Positions 1 through 8,300 of a stretch of DNA of 35,105 bases are shown here, piece after piece. How positions within the stretch are numbered: the stretch's first letter is position 1; every line of letters starts with the position of its first letter. The notes under the pieces were generated by a model. It made no database searches. It had not been told where the DNA came from and saw only the letters and a program-made list of their open reading frames with translations. The translations under genes were made by a program, and so were the position numbers. Source of the stretch: Chthoniobacteraceae bacterium (GTDB lineage: Bacteria; Verrucomicrobiota; Verrucomicrobiia; Chthoniobacterales; Chthoniobacteraceae); NCBI GenBank assembly GCA_031409335.1, contig JANNWY010000055.1, forward strand, positions 1 to 35,105, in the 5' to 3' direction.

Positions 1-444
1 AAAGTCGTAACCGCCGCCGATCTGCTCGCGCTTCCACGGACGCAGCGGCTCCAGCGAATGCACGGTCAGCACCATCGGGATGCCGTAGTTCATCTTCGCC
101 ATGATGCCGCCGAGGTGCGTGTACCAAGTGTGCAAATGGACCACGTCGGCGTCGATGCGCGTGGTGTTCCAATCGAGGCAATGCTGCACCGCGCCGAACA
201 CGGAATGGAGCGGCTTCGGCGCGGTGTAGCCGCTGGTGTCGATGCCAAAGCCCGTGGCTTTCAGCGTCGGTGCAGCAAGGCGCGGCTCGCGCGATTCCCT
301 GCCGTAGCAGCGCACTTCCACGTCGATCAGCTTCGCGAGTTCGCGGCTCAGATAGTCCACGTGAACGCCCGCGCCGCCATAGATCGTTGGTGGATATTCG
401 TTGGTGAGGAAAAGCGCTTTTAGCCGGGGATTCACGCCGCACAT
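1..444 (-). CDS. glgA: GT4 glycogen synthase / alpha-maltose-1-phosphate synthase (actinobacterial-type GlgA/GlgM), runs off the left edge
   Basis: Not in the ORF track. Manual minus-strand translation gives MCGVNPRLKALFLTNEYPPTIYGGAGVHVDYLSRELAKL...DVVHLHTWYTHLGG...LTVHSLEPLRPWKREQIGGGYDF. EYPP-x-YGGAGVHV, HTWY and HSLEPLRPWK-x-EQ-x-GGGY are hallmarks of this family. Start is ATG 444 or GTG 435. Confidence 0.9.
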   Translation of the reverse strand, partial: MCGVNPRLKALFLTNEYPPTIYGGAGVHVDYLSRELAKLIDVEVRCYGRESREPRLAAPTLKATGFGIDTSGYTAPKPLHSVFGAVQHCLDWNTTRIDADVVHLHTWYTHLGGIMAKMNYGIPMVLTVHSLEPLRPWKREQIGGGYDF

Positions 445-570
445 GAAGGCGGGCGCGCGGGGTGGCGTCAAATCCCGAAAGCGCGCGGCGTCGCGATGGG
501 CGTGGGATTTCGGCGTGCGATCGGCTGCGGCGGCATTTACGAGTCGCCTATGCATTCCACGGTCGGTTCC

Positions 571-2175
571 ATGAATTTTGATGTCGTGATCGCAGGCGGC
601 GGTTTCGCCGGCGTGAATTGCGCGCAGGCTTTGGCGCGGGCGCTGGGGCAGGGGAGTGAGAAGCGGGTGGCGCTGATCGCGGAGCAAAATTACATGCTGT
701 TTCAACCCATGCTCGCCGAGGTCGCGGGCTCATCGCTTTCGCCGCGGCACGTCGTGAATCCGCTGCGCGGGCTGTGTCGCGGAGTGACCGTGCTGCGCGG
801 CGCGATCGCATCCATCGACATGGCTGCGCGCCAGCTCGAACTGAGCGCGGGCGATTTCACGCCGAACGTGCGGATCGGCTTCGGGCATCTCGCGCTGGCG
901 CTTGGCGGCATCGTCGATCTGAGCCGCGTGCCGGGGATGCCGGAGCACGCGTTTTTGATGAAGAACGTGGGCGACGCACTGAAACTGCGCGGCGCATTGA
1001 TCGATCGTTTTGAGGAGGCAAATCTGATCGCCGATGTGGCGTCGCTGCCGCGGCTGCTGACGTTCGTCGTGGTGGGCGGCGGATATTCGGGCGTGGAGAC
1101 GGCGGGGCAATTGCTCGATCTCGCGGAGAGCGTGCGCGAGTTTTATCCGCGGATCGCGGCGGAGAAATTCCGTGTCGTGCTGATCCACAGCGCGGCGCAT
1201 TTGCTGCCGGAGATCAGCGAAGAGCTGGGCCGCTACACGGAGGAAAATTTGCGATCGCGCGGAGTGGAGATCATCCTCGGCGCGCGGGTCACGTCGATGA
1301 CGGCTAGCAAGGTGACGCTCGGCGATGGGCGCGTGATCGAGAGCCACACGGTCGTCTCGACGGTGGGAAACGCGCCGCATCCGCTGATCGTTCAGCTTTG
1401 CGCGAAGGGCGGGATCGCGAATGAAAAGGGCCGCATCGTGACGGAGCCGACGCTGCGCGTGCCGGGGCAGCCGTGGCTGTGGGCGGCGGGCGATTGCGCG
1501 GCGGTGCCATCCGCAGCCGGGGGGACGTGCCCGCCGACGGGGCAGTTTGCGATGCGGCAGGGGACGACGATGGGCAAAAATCTCGCGCTCACGCTCGCGG
1601 GTCGCGAGGACCTCGCGCCGTTCACCTTCAAAGGACTGGGCTCACTCGCGGCGATCGGCCATCGCACGGCGGTCGCGGAAATCATGGGGCTGAAATTCTC
1701 CGGCTTCATCGCGTGGTGGATGTGGCGCACGATCTATCTCTCGAAGCTGCCCGGCATCGAGCGCAAGCTGCGCGTGATGATCGACTGGACGCTCGATCTG
1801 TTTTTTCCGCGCGACATCGTGCTTTTCCAGCCGCGCTACACCAAGCCGCTGGAAGACATCCGCCTCGAAAAAGGCGACGCCATTTTCCACGCGGGCGAGC
1901 CGGCGTTTTCGTTCTACGTGGTAAAGTCGGGCCGCATCGAACTGCGCGACGACTCCGGCACCGTGGTGCGCACCATCTCAGCGGGCGAGCACTTTGGCCG
2001 CCGCGCGCTGCTGGAGGATTGCAAATGGCGCTACAGCGCGATCGCCGTGGAGCCGTCGGCGCTCGTCGTGCTCAGCGCGCGCGTCTTCGATGCGATCACC
2101 CGCACGAGCACCTCGGTGCGCGAGCGGCTGGAGGATCTCTCCGCGCCGGCGGATGAAACGAAAGTGGAACCGTGA
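571..2175 (+). CDS. ndh: Type II NAD(P)H:quinone oxidoreductase (NDH-2 family) with a C-terminal cyclic-nucleotide-binding-like domain
   Basis: Two Rossmann motifs (VVIAGGGFAG, VVVGGGYSGVETAG), FQPMLAEVA, WAAGDCA and the C-terminal GFIAWWMWRTIYL. These are followed by a cNMP-like domain (LEKGDAIFHAGEPAFSFYVVKSGRIEL...GEHFG). ATG 571 is preferred over 496/550. Confidence 0.85.
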   Translation: MNFDVVIAGGGFAGVNCAQALARALGQGSEKRVALIAEQNYMLFQPMLAEVAGSSLSPRHVVNPLRGLCRGVTVLRGAIASIDMAARQLELSAGDFTPNVRIGFGHLALALGGIVDLSRVPGMPEHAFLMKNVGDALKLRGALIDRFEEANLIADVASLPRLLTFVVVGGGYSGVETAGQLLDLAESVREFYPRIAAEKFRVVLIHSAAHLLPEISEELGRYTEENLRSRGVEIILGARVTSMTASKVTLGDGRVIESHTVVSTVGNAPHPLIVQLCAKGGIANEKGRIVTEPTLRVPGQPWLWAAGDCAAVPSAAGGTCPPTGQFAMRQGTTMGKNLALTLAGREDLAPFTFKGLGSLAAIGHRTAVAEIMGLKFSGFIAWWMWRTIYLSKLPGIERKLRVMIDWTLDLFFPRDIVLFQPRYTKPLEDIRLEKGDAIFHAGEPAFSFYVVKSGRIELRDDSGTVVRTISAGEHFGRRALLEDCKWRYSAIAVEPSALVVLSARVFDAITRTSTSVRERLEDLSAPADETKVEP

Positions 2176-2198
2176 GCGGCGGTGCTCTCTCGCTTCCG

Positions 2199-2519
2199 CT
2201 ACTTCTTCGGCTTGTCCTTTGCGGCAGCGTCCTTTGGTTTCGATGCGTCCTTCGCCTTGTCGCCTTTCACTTCGATGGTCTGAGCGGTCATGGAATACTG
2301 GATCGTCACCTTCGCGCCGACCTTCAAATCACCGGTCACCTTCGTGTCCGCGTTGCGCGCGAGTTCCCATTTGTCGGTCCCCTTCATCACGATGATTTTT
2401 GTGTCGGTGATTTCGACGATGGGGCCGGTGACCTGATAGGTATTTGCAGCTTCTTCGGCAAAGGCCGCGGAGGCGAAACTGAATGCGCTGGCGAGGGCGA
2501 GGAGGGTGGTTTTGTTCAT
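2199..2519 (-). CDS. Small secreted beta-barrel/OB-fold-like hypothetical protein with Lys-rich tail
   Basis: Signal peptide MNKTTLLALASAFSFASAAFA, then YQVTGPIVEI...DLKVGAKVTIQY and a KDAAAKDKPKK tail. Confidence 0.75.
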   Translation of the reverse strand: MNKTTLLALASAFSFASAAFAEEAANTYQVTGPIVEITDTKIIVMKGTDKWELARNADTKVTGDLKVGAKVTIQYSMTAQTIEVKGDKAKDASKPKDAAAKDKPKK

Positions 2520-2838
2520 AGCGGTGTTCGGTAACGAAACGATTGTTTGGATGCAAGACTTCAGAGCATTTCCGAAAGATCCTGAGTGGCTGAAGGTTTG
2601 AAACCTCCGCGTTTCCCATCGTCGAATCTGGGGTTAAAACGGGTCCGGGCGTGATCGCGGGAATGTGGGTTCAAGCGGTAGAAATGAGGGGCGAACTGGC
2701 GAAAAAATGAGGGGAGAGTGAAGATTTACAATAATTTCTGTTGCCAAAGTGAGCGTGTGACGGCTATATCGCACTCGCTTTCCCGGTTCTCGCGAAAGTT
2801 CCCCGGATTCAGTCCCTCAACCCCCACTACAGTTTCAT

Positions 2839-4866
2839 ATGAAAAGAACCCGTTTCCTTCCCCTTGCCGCCGCCATCCTTGGATTGGTAGCCGTCACACC
2901 TGTTTATGCCGTTGATTTCGACTGGACCAACGCCTCCGGCGTTGACTCCAACTGGAATACCGCAGGCAACTGGACTCCCGCAGGGCCACCGTCGGGTGGC
3001 GGTGGAAACTTCGCCCGGTTCTTCGCCCCGGCCAGCGCGGCTGCGGTGATCAATGCGAACGTGCCGGACATTCAGGACTTTCTCACCGGCAACAACGGCA
3101 CTGCTGGTATTCGGCAGGTCGATCACAGTGCCGGGACTTTTAATAACACCGGCTGGTTCCGGATGGGTGCACTTGGCGGCACGGGCGATGTCGGCACCTA
3201 CAATCTCAGCGGTGGACAATACAACTCCGGTGCCTTCCGCGTCGTCGAAGGCGCTGGCCAAGTCGGTGCCCTGAATGTCAGCGGCACTGGTGTCTTCCGT
3301 CAAAACGATGTGGGTAATGTGGCGGATGGGAACAATTGGTCGCGCATCGGCCTGAATGGTACCGCGAACGTCAACCTCAGCGGCGATGGCGTCATCTCAG
3401 CCGACGCGCGCTTGCTGATCGGTAACGGCGATGACAGTTCTTCGGCGACGGTTACGCAGACCGGCGGCACGTTTGAGGTTCGCCGCGGTGAATATACGCT
3501 TGGTGACAGTTACGGTTCGATGGCCGCCACTCCGAATGCGCGGCACGTCATCAGCGGCGGCACGCTGCGGACTCTCGCGACCGCTGGCGATGATGACACC
3601 GGTGGCAATATCACCGTCGGCCAGTGGGACAATTCCAATGCCGAATTGGTCATTAGTGGCACGGCCGTTGTTCGCGCTGCGCTCGACGTCAACATCGCGG
3701 ACGGGCGCGCGGATTTCGCACAGAAAGGCACGATCACTCAGAGCGGCGGCGGTTTCACTTTTGGGCGCAACTTTGGGATGTCCTCAAGCAGTTCAAGCAC
3801 TGCGACGTATAACCTTTCGGGCGGCAATCTCACGCAGGACTCGGTCGATCCGAACAATCAGGCGAACTGGAATAACATCGGCCAGGGCGGTCCTGCCACC
3901 TTCAATCTTAGCGACACCGGCGTTGCTTCCTTCAATGCACGCACCCACCTGAATGGACCGAACGCAAAGGTGATTCAAACGGGCGGGCTGTTTGAGGTGC
4001 GCAATCACGAACTCATCATCGCCGATGGCGGTGCCACGGCCCAATACAACATCAGTGGTGGCACCGTGCAGACGAATGCCGGCGGAACCATCAGTGTCGG
4101 CAATTGGAATGGGGCGAACGGCCAGCTCAATGTCAGCGGCACTGGGCAAGTGCTCGCCAGTGGGGGGCTGACCATCGGCCAAGCCGAAAATGCTGCCAAC
4201 ACCTCGACCGGCAAGGTGACTCAAACCGGGGGTTTGGTGCGAGTGCAGGGTGACATCAATATGGGTCAGGGTAACGGTTCGGTTACCACTTCGGGCACTT
4301 ACGAACTCAATGGGGGAACGCTGGACATGACCAATGGCAACATCAATGGCGGCAGCGGCGTCGAAGTTTTCAACTTCGGCAACGGTCGCCTGCAAGATTT
4401 GGCCAACTTCAATATCGGCAACATGCTACAGACCGACGGCGTGCTGGCTCCCGGCGCGGCGGGGCTGGCGGGCATCACCACGATCAATGGCAACTATATG
4501 CAGCTTGCCGCTGGCGAACTCGAAATCAGCATTCTCAGCACCAGCAACTTCGATCTGCTCAATGTGAACGGCTTGGTGGACCTCGCCGGATCACTCATCG
4601 TCACCGACGACGTGCCGGGGCTCTCCATTGGATTGGGCTTCATCATCGTGAGTAACGATGCTAGCGATGCCATCAGCGGCACCTTCCTCGGTCTCGCGGA
4701 AGGCGCGGGGTTCACCACTCCGGCAGGCAATGTCTTCACCGTCAGCTACCTGGCGGGCGATGGGAATGATGTCGGCGTGACCGTGGTGCCCGAACCGACC
4801 ACCGGCGCGATGCTGCTCGGTGCGGCTGGCATGTTGGCCCTCCTGCGCCGCCGTCGGGTCTCGTAA
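2839..4866 (+). CDS. PEP-CTERM surface protein with Gly/Asn/Thr-rich beta-helix-like repeats
   Basis: Signal peptide, WT...NWNTAGNW start, repeated Y-x-LSGG / TQTGG motifs, and a C-terminal VPEPTTGAMLLGAAGMLALLRRRR sorting signal. Confidence 0.92.
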   Translation: MKRTRFLPLAAAILGLVAVTPVYAVDFDWTNASGVDSNWNTAGNWTPAGPPSGGGGNFARFFAPASAAAVINANVPDIQDFLTGNNGTAGIRQVDHSAGTFNNTGWFRMGALGGTGDVGTYNLSGGQYNSGAFRVVEGAGQVGALNVSGTGVFRQNDVGNVADGNNWSRIGLNGTANVNLSGDGVISADARLLIGNGDDSSSATVTQTGGTFEVRRGEYTLGDSYGSMAATPNARHVISGGTLRTLATAGDDDTGGNITVGQWDNSNAELVISGTAVVRAALDVNIADGRADFAQKGTITQSGGGFTFGRNFGMSSSSSSTATYNLSGGNLTQDSVDPNNQANWNNIGQGGPATFNLSDTGVASFNARTHLNGPNAKVIQTGGLFEVRNHELIIADGGATAQYNISGGTVQTNAGGTISVGNWNGANGQLNVSGTGQVLASGGLTIGQAENAANTSTGKVTQTGGLVRVQGDINMGQGNGSVTTSGTYELNGGTLDMTNGNINGGSGVEVFNFGNGRLQDLANFNIGNMLQTDGVLAPGAAGLAGITTINGNYMQLAAGELEISILSTSNFDLLNVNGLVDLAGSLIVTDDVPGLSIGLGFIIVSNDASDAISGTFLGLAEGAGFTTPAGNVFTVSYLAGDGNDVGVTVVPEPTTGAMLLGAAGMLALLRRRRVS

Positions 4867-4888
4867 AAGGAAATAGGTTTTGACTCAT

Positions 4889-4928
4889 CGGGCGCCTTCC
4901 GGCAACGGAAGGCGCCCGTTGCTTTTCC
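4889..4928 (+). terminator. Probable intrinsic terminator or stabilising hairpin
   Basis: Perfect 13-bp stem CGGGCGCCTTCCG / CGGAAGGCGCCCG with a GCAA tetraloop, followed by TTGCTTTT, about 22 bp after the PEP-CTERM stop. Confidence 0.75.
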
Positions 4929-4946
4929 AGCCACGGCTCCACGCTT

Positions 4947-6728
4947 ATGAAATCGTCCGTCCTCCTCGCATTCGCCGCCTGCTCCCTCTCGTCCGGCTGC
5001 AAACGCGCGTCTGCGCCGGTGACCGCCGCTCCCGCAACGCCAGTCGCGGCAGTGCCTGCGGCAGCTTCGCCAGTGCGCTTCCAGGCGGATCGCCTTTTCA
5101 CCGAGATCACTGCCGAGTCGGGCTTTCCCGCCGAGCCGCCCCGCTATCCCGACGGCACTTACATGACGCCCGAGATCACTCCAGCGGGAATCGCGCTGTT
5201 CGATTTCGACAACGACGGCCTGCTCGACATCCTCCACATCTGCCATCCCGCCCCGCAACCGTGGGCGCAACAGATCAAGGCGGTCGAACCGAATCGGCTC
5301 TACCGCCAGCACGCGGACGGTCGTTTTACCGAAATCCCGAACGCTGCGGGCCTGGCGGGAAAGGGTTTCCACAACGGCGTCGCCATCGGCGATGTGAACA
5401 ACGACGGCTGGCAGGACGTGTATGTCTGCAACTTTGGCGGACCCGACGAATTTTTCCTAAACAACGGAAAGGGTGCCTTCACCGATGCCACCGCGAGCGG
5501 CGGGTTTCTGAAAGGCGCGACGCCCGTGCTGACTTCGCCGGACAACTGGTCGAGCACCGCCGCGTTCTTCGACTATGACGGCGATGGCGACCTCGATCTG
5601 TGGGTCGCACATTTCGCCACATTCGATTCGAAGCATGTCTGCAAGGCCACCACGGAGACCGAGGTGCTCGACTACTGCGGCCCGCACACCTACCCCGGCC
5701 AGCTCGCCACGCTCTGGCGCAACGAGGGCGGCGGCATCTTCACCGATGTCACCGCCGCTGCCGGGATCGCCGCCGCGGGTCGCGGCTGGGGCATCATCGC
5801 CGCCGATCTCACCGGCGACGGGCTCGCCGATGTGCTGCAGGCCAACGACGTGGAACCCAACCAGCTCTGGGTCAATCAGGGCGATGGAAAATTCGTCGAT
5901 GAAGCCCTGCTGCGCGGTGCCGCGGTGAATGCTTTCGGTGCCGTGGCGGCGAACATGGGCGTGACCGTCGGCGACGTGCGCAACAAGGGGCAATTCGATT
6001 TTTTCATCACCCACTTTGGCGGCGAGTCGAACACGCTCTGGTCCGCGCAGGAAGACGGTGTTTTTAATGACACCACCGCCAGCGCCGGTATGGCGATGAT
6101 CGACCGTCCCTTCACCGGCTGGGGCGCGGGCTTTTTCGACTTCGACAACGATGGCTTCCTCGATCTCGCCGTCGCCAATGGCCGCGTCGCCCGCGGCCAC
6201 GCGCGCCCCGAGGCGCAGCTCGGCCCGTTTTGGAATATCTTCGCCGAGCCAAACCTGCTCTTCCGCGGCGACGGCACCGGGCGCTTCACGGACGCCAGCC
6301 AGAACGCGGGCAGCTTCACGCGCCGCTACGAAATCCACCGCGCGCTCGCCTTCGCCGACCTGCGCAATCGCGGCGCGATCGACCTCGTGGTCGGCAATCT
6401 CGACAACTCGCTGCGCATCCACCGCAACGACGCCGTGCCGCCCGGCAATCACTGGCTGCAAGTCCTCCCGATGCTCGAAAAACGCGAGGCGCTCGGCGCG
6501 AAAGTGACGCTGCTCGCCGGTGGCGTGAAACGCAGCGCCTTTTGCCTGCGCGCCTACAGCTACGTCTCGAGCAACGATCCGCGCTCCCACTTCGGGCTCG
6601 GCGCGGTGGCGAAGGCCGACGCCATCGAGATCGCATGGCCCAGCGGCACGCCGCGCCGCGAAAAATTTCCAGTCCCCGGCGTGGACCGCCTGCTCACGCT
6701 ACGGCAGGGCACCGGAACGGCGCTGTAA
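4947..6728 (+). CDS. CRTAC1-family FG-GAP repeat / ASPIC-UnbV lipoprotein
   Basis: Lipobox-like LSSGC, multiple DxDxDGxxD loops (DFDNDGLLD, DVNNDGWQD, DYDGDGDLD, DFDNDGFLD) and a C-terminal UnbV signature SYVSSNDPRSHFGLG...IEIAWPSG. Confidence 0.9.
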   Translation: MKSSVLLAFAACSLSSGCKRASAPVTAAPATPVAAVPAAASPVRFQADRLFTEITAESGFPAEPPRYPDGTYMTPEITPAGIALFDFDNDGLLDILHICHPAPQPWAQQIKAVEPNRLYRQHADGRFTEIPNAAGLAGKGFHNGVAIGDVNNDGWQDVYVCNFGGPDEFFLNNGKGAFTDATASGGFLKGATPVLTSPDNWSSTAAFFDYDGDGDLDLWVAHFATFDSKHVCKATTETEVLDYCGPHTYPGQLATLWRNEGGGIFTDVTAAAGIAAAGRGWGIIAADLTGDGLADVLQANDVEPNQLWVNQGDGKFVDEALLRGAAVNAFGAVAANMGVTVGDVRNKGQFDFFITHFGGESNTLWSAQEDGVFNDTTASAGMAMIDRPFTGWGAGFFDFDNDGFLDLAVANGRVARGHARPEAQLGPFWNIFAEPNLLFRGDGTGRFTDASQNAGSFTRRYEIHRALAFADLRNRGAIDLVVGNLDNSLRIHRNDAVPPGNHWLQVLPMLEKREALGAKVTLLAGGVKRSAFCLRAYSYVSSNDPRSHFGLGAVAKADAIEIAWPSGTPRREKFPVPGVDRLLTLRQGTGTAL

Positions 6729-6740
6729 TGGGTCTGTGTT

Positions 6741-6791
6741 CTCCTCTTCCTCTTAATCTTCCTCCTTGCGTGAAAGAGGAAGAGGAAGAGC
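6741..6791. repeat. Hexamer-unit inverted repeat (CTCTTC)n...(GAAGAG)n between convergent genes
   Basis: CTCCTCTTCCTCTTAATCTTCCTC (6741-6764) faces AAGAGGAAGAGGAAGAGC (6774-6791). Confidence 0.65.
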
Positions 6792-6813
6792 GGCGGGCTG
6801 TGAGAAAGGCGGG

Positions 6814-8214
6814 CTACTTCGCGTCGAGCCGCACCGGCTGCTTGCGCTGGTAGCTCGCGAGATGTTTCGCGAGAAGGCCATTGAGCTTCTCGTCCCCGAG
6901 CGCCTTCGCCAGTTCGATCGCGCGCCCCTGCGTCGCGATCGCTTCGTCAAACTTCCCAGCCTCCGCTTTCGCCGCGGCGACCGTATCGAGCAGCATCGGT
7001 TCGCGGCGGCGGGAAATCGCGAGCGCGCGATCGGCGATCTGTTCCGCGAGCGCGGCATCGCGCAGCTTGTCCTCGGGCGCGGTGGCGAGCAGCCAGGCGA
7101 GATCGTTGCTCGCCTCCGGCCAGTCCGGCCGCAGGCGCAATGCCTCGCGATATGAGGCGATTGCCTCCTCGCGCCGGTCGAGCAGTTTCAAGGCGCGCGC
7201 CGCTTCGAAGTGCGCCTGCGCGTCCTCGGCCCGCTCTTTCAGCACCGCGCGAAATTGCGGCAGCGCGAGTGACGGCTTGCCCTCGACGAGCATCGCCAGC
7301 CCGAGATGCCGGTGCGCATCGGCGTGGCGGGGATTGTGCCGGATTGCCTCGCCGAGCCGCGCGATGGCCTCCTTGTTTTTTCCCGCGGCGAGCAATTGCC
7401 GCGCGAGTTCATAGTGCCCTTCCCCGTTGGTCGGCGCGAATTCGACGAATTTTTGGAACGCGCCGGTCGCCTCCTCATTGCGTCCCATCCGCGCGAGCGC
7501 GCGCCCGAGACTGATCAGCGCATCGAGATACTTCGGGTTGATATCGAGCGCCGCGGAAAAGTGCGTCGCCGCCTCGTCGAGCTTCCAAATCTGCATCTGC
7601 GTCAGGCCGAGATTGTATTGCGCGTCGATGTGCTTCGGGTTCGCGCGCACCGCCTCGCCGAACTGCGTGATCGCGCCGTCCGCGTCGCCCAGCCGCACGA
7701 GCACTACGCCGTAATCGTTGTGCGCATCGGCATCGCCGGGCTGCTGCCGCACCGTCTCACCGTAGAGCGCGGAGGCTTCCATCAGCCGGTTCTCGCGCAG
7801 GAAAACCCCGCCGAGATCCTTTCGCGCAGCGGTGTAGTCCGGCTTGAGTCGCACCGCCTCGACCAATGCCGCGACGCCCTGCGCATTCTGCCCCAGCCGG
7901 TAAAGCGCGATGCCCAATCCATATTGCGCCTCCGCGTCCGCCGGCTGTTTGGCGATGATTTCCTTGAACTGCTCTGCCGCGCCCTGCGGGTCGCGCGTTT
8001 CCAAAAGTAGCGAGGCGAGATCGCGCCGCGCCGCGATCAAGTCCGGCTTCTTCCCGATCGCCGCGCGCAGCGCCTGGATCGCCTCCGCCGGTTTTTTGTC
8101 AGCGGCAAATTGCCGCGCCTGCTCGCGCAGAATTTCGGGCGTCTCTTCCGCGGCGAGAAGCTGCGCGGTGGCGACGGCGGACAGAGCGAGGAGGCGGAGC
8201 GTTTGACACTTCAT
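6814..8214 (-). CDS. Secreted tetratricopeptide repeat protein
   Basis: Signal peptide followed by about 10 TPR units (e.g. AEAQYGLGIALYRLG, DAQYNLGLTQMQIW) and a C-terminal NDLAWLLAT...LDTVAAAKAEAGKFDEAI cap. Confidence 0.9.
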   Translation of the reverse strand: MKCQTLRLLALSAVATAQLLAAEETPEILREQARQFAADKKPAEAIQALRAAIGKKPDLIAARRDLASLLLETRDPQGAAEQFKEIIAKQPADAEAQYGLGIALYRLGQNAQGVAALVEAVRLKPDYTAARKDLGGVFLRENRLMEASALYGETVRQQPGDADAHNDYGVVLVRLGDADGAITQFGEAVRANPKHIDAQYNLGLTQMQIWKLDEAATHFSAALDINPKYLDALISLGRALARMGRNEEATGAFQKFVEFAPTNGEGHYELARQLLAAGKNKEAIARLGEAIRHNPRHADAHRHLGLAMLVEGKPSLALPQFRAVLKERAEDAQAHFEAARALKLLDRREEAIASYREALRLRPDWPEASNDLAWLLATAPEDKLRDAALAEQIADRALAISRRREPMLLDTVAAAKAEAGKFDEAIATQGRAIELAKALGDEKLNGLLAKHLASYQRKQPVRLDAK

Positions 8215-8300
8215 CTCCCGATCTTTCGGGAAACCCAGCGTGCGTCAATCCAGCGGATGATTTTCCTGAAATCCCGGGGAGGCGGGCCGTCGCCGCGCGA

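Noticed and set aside
58..423. 121-aa plus-strand ORF
   Set aside because: Antisense to the clearly recognisable glgA/glgM gene.
2741..2770. Sigma70 promoter TTGCCA-N18-TATATC for the PEP-CTERM gene
   Set aside because: Plausible, but the -10 box lacks the conserved final T and the spacing is suboptimal; too weak to call.
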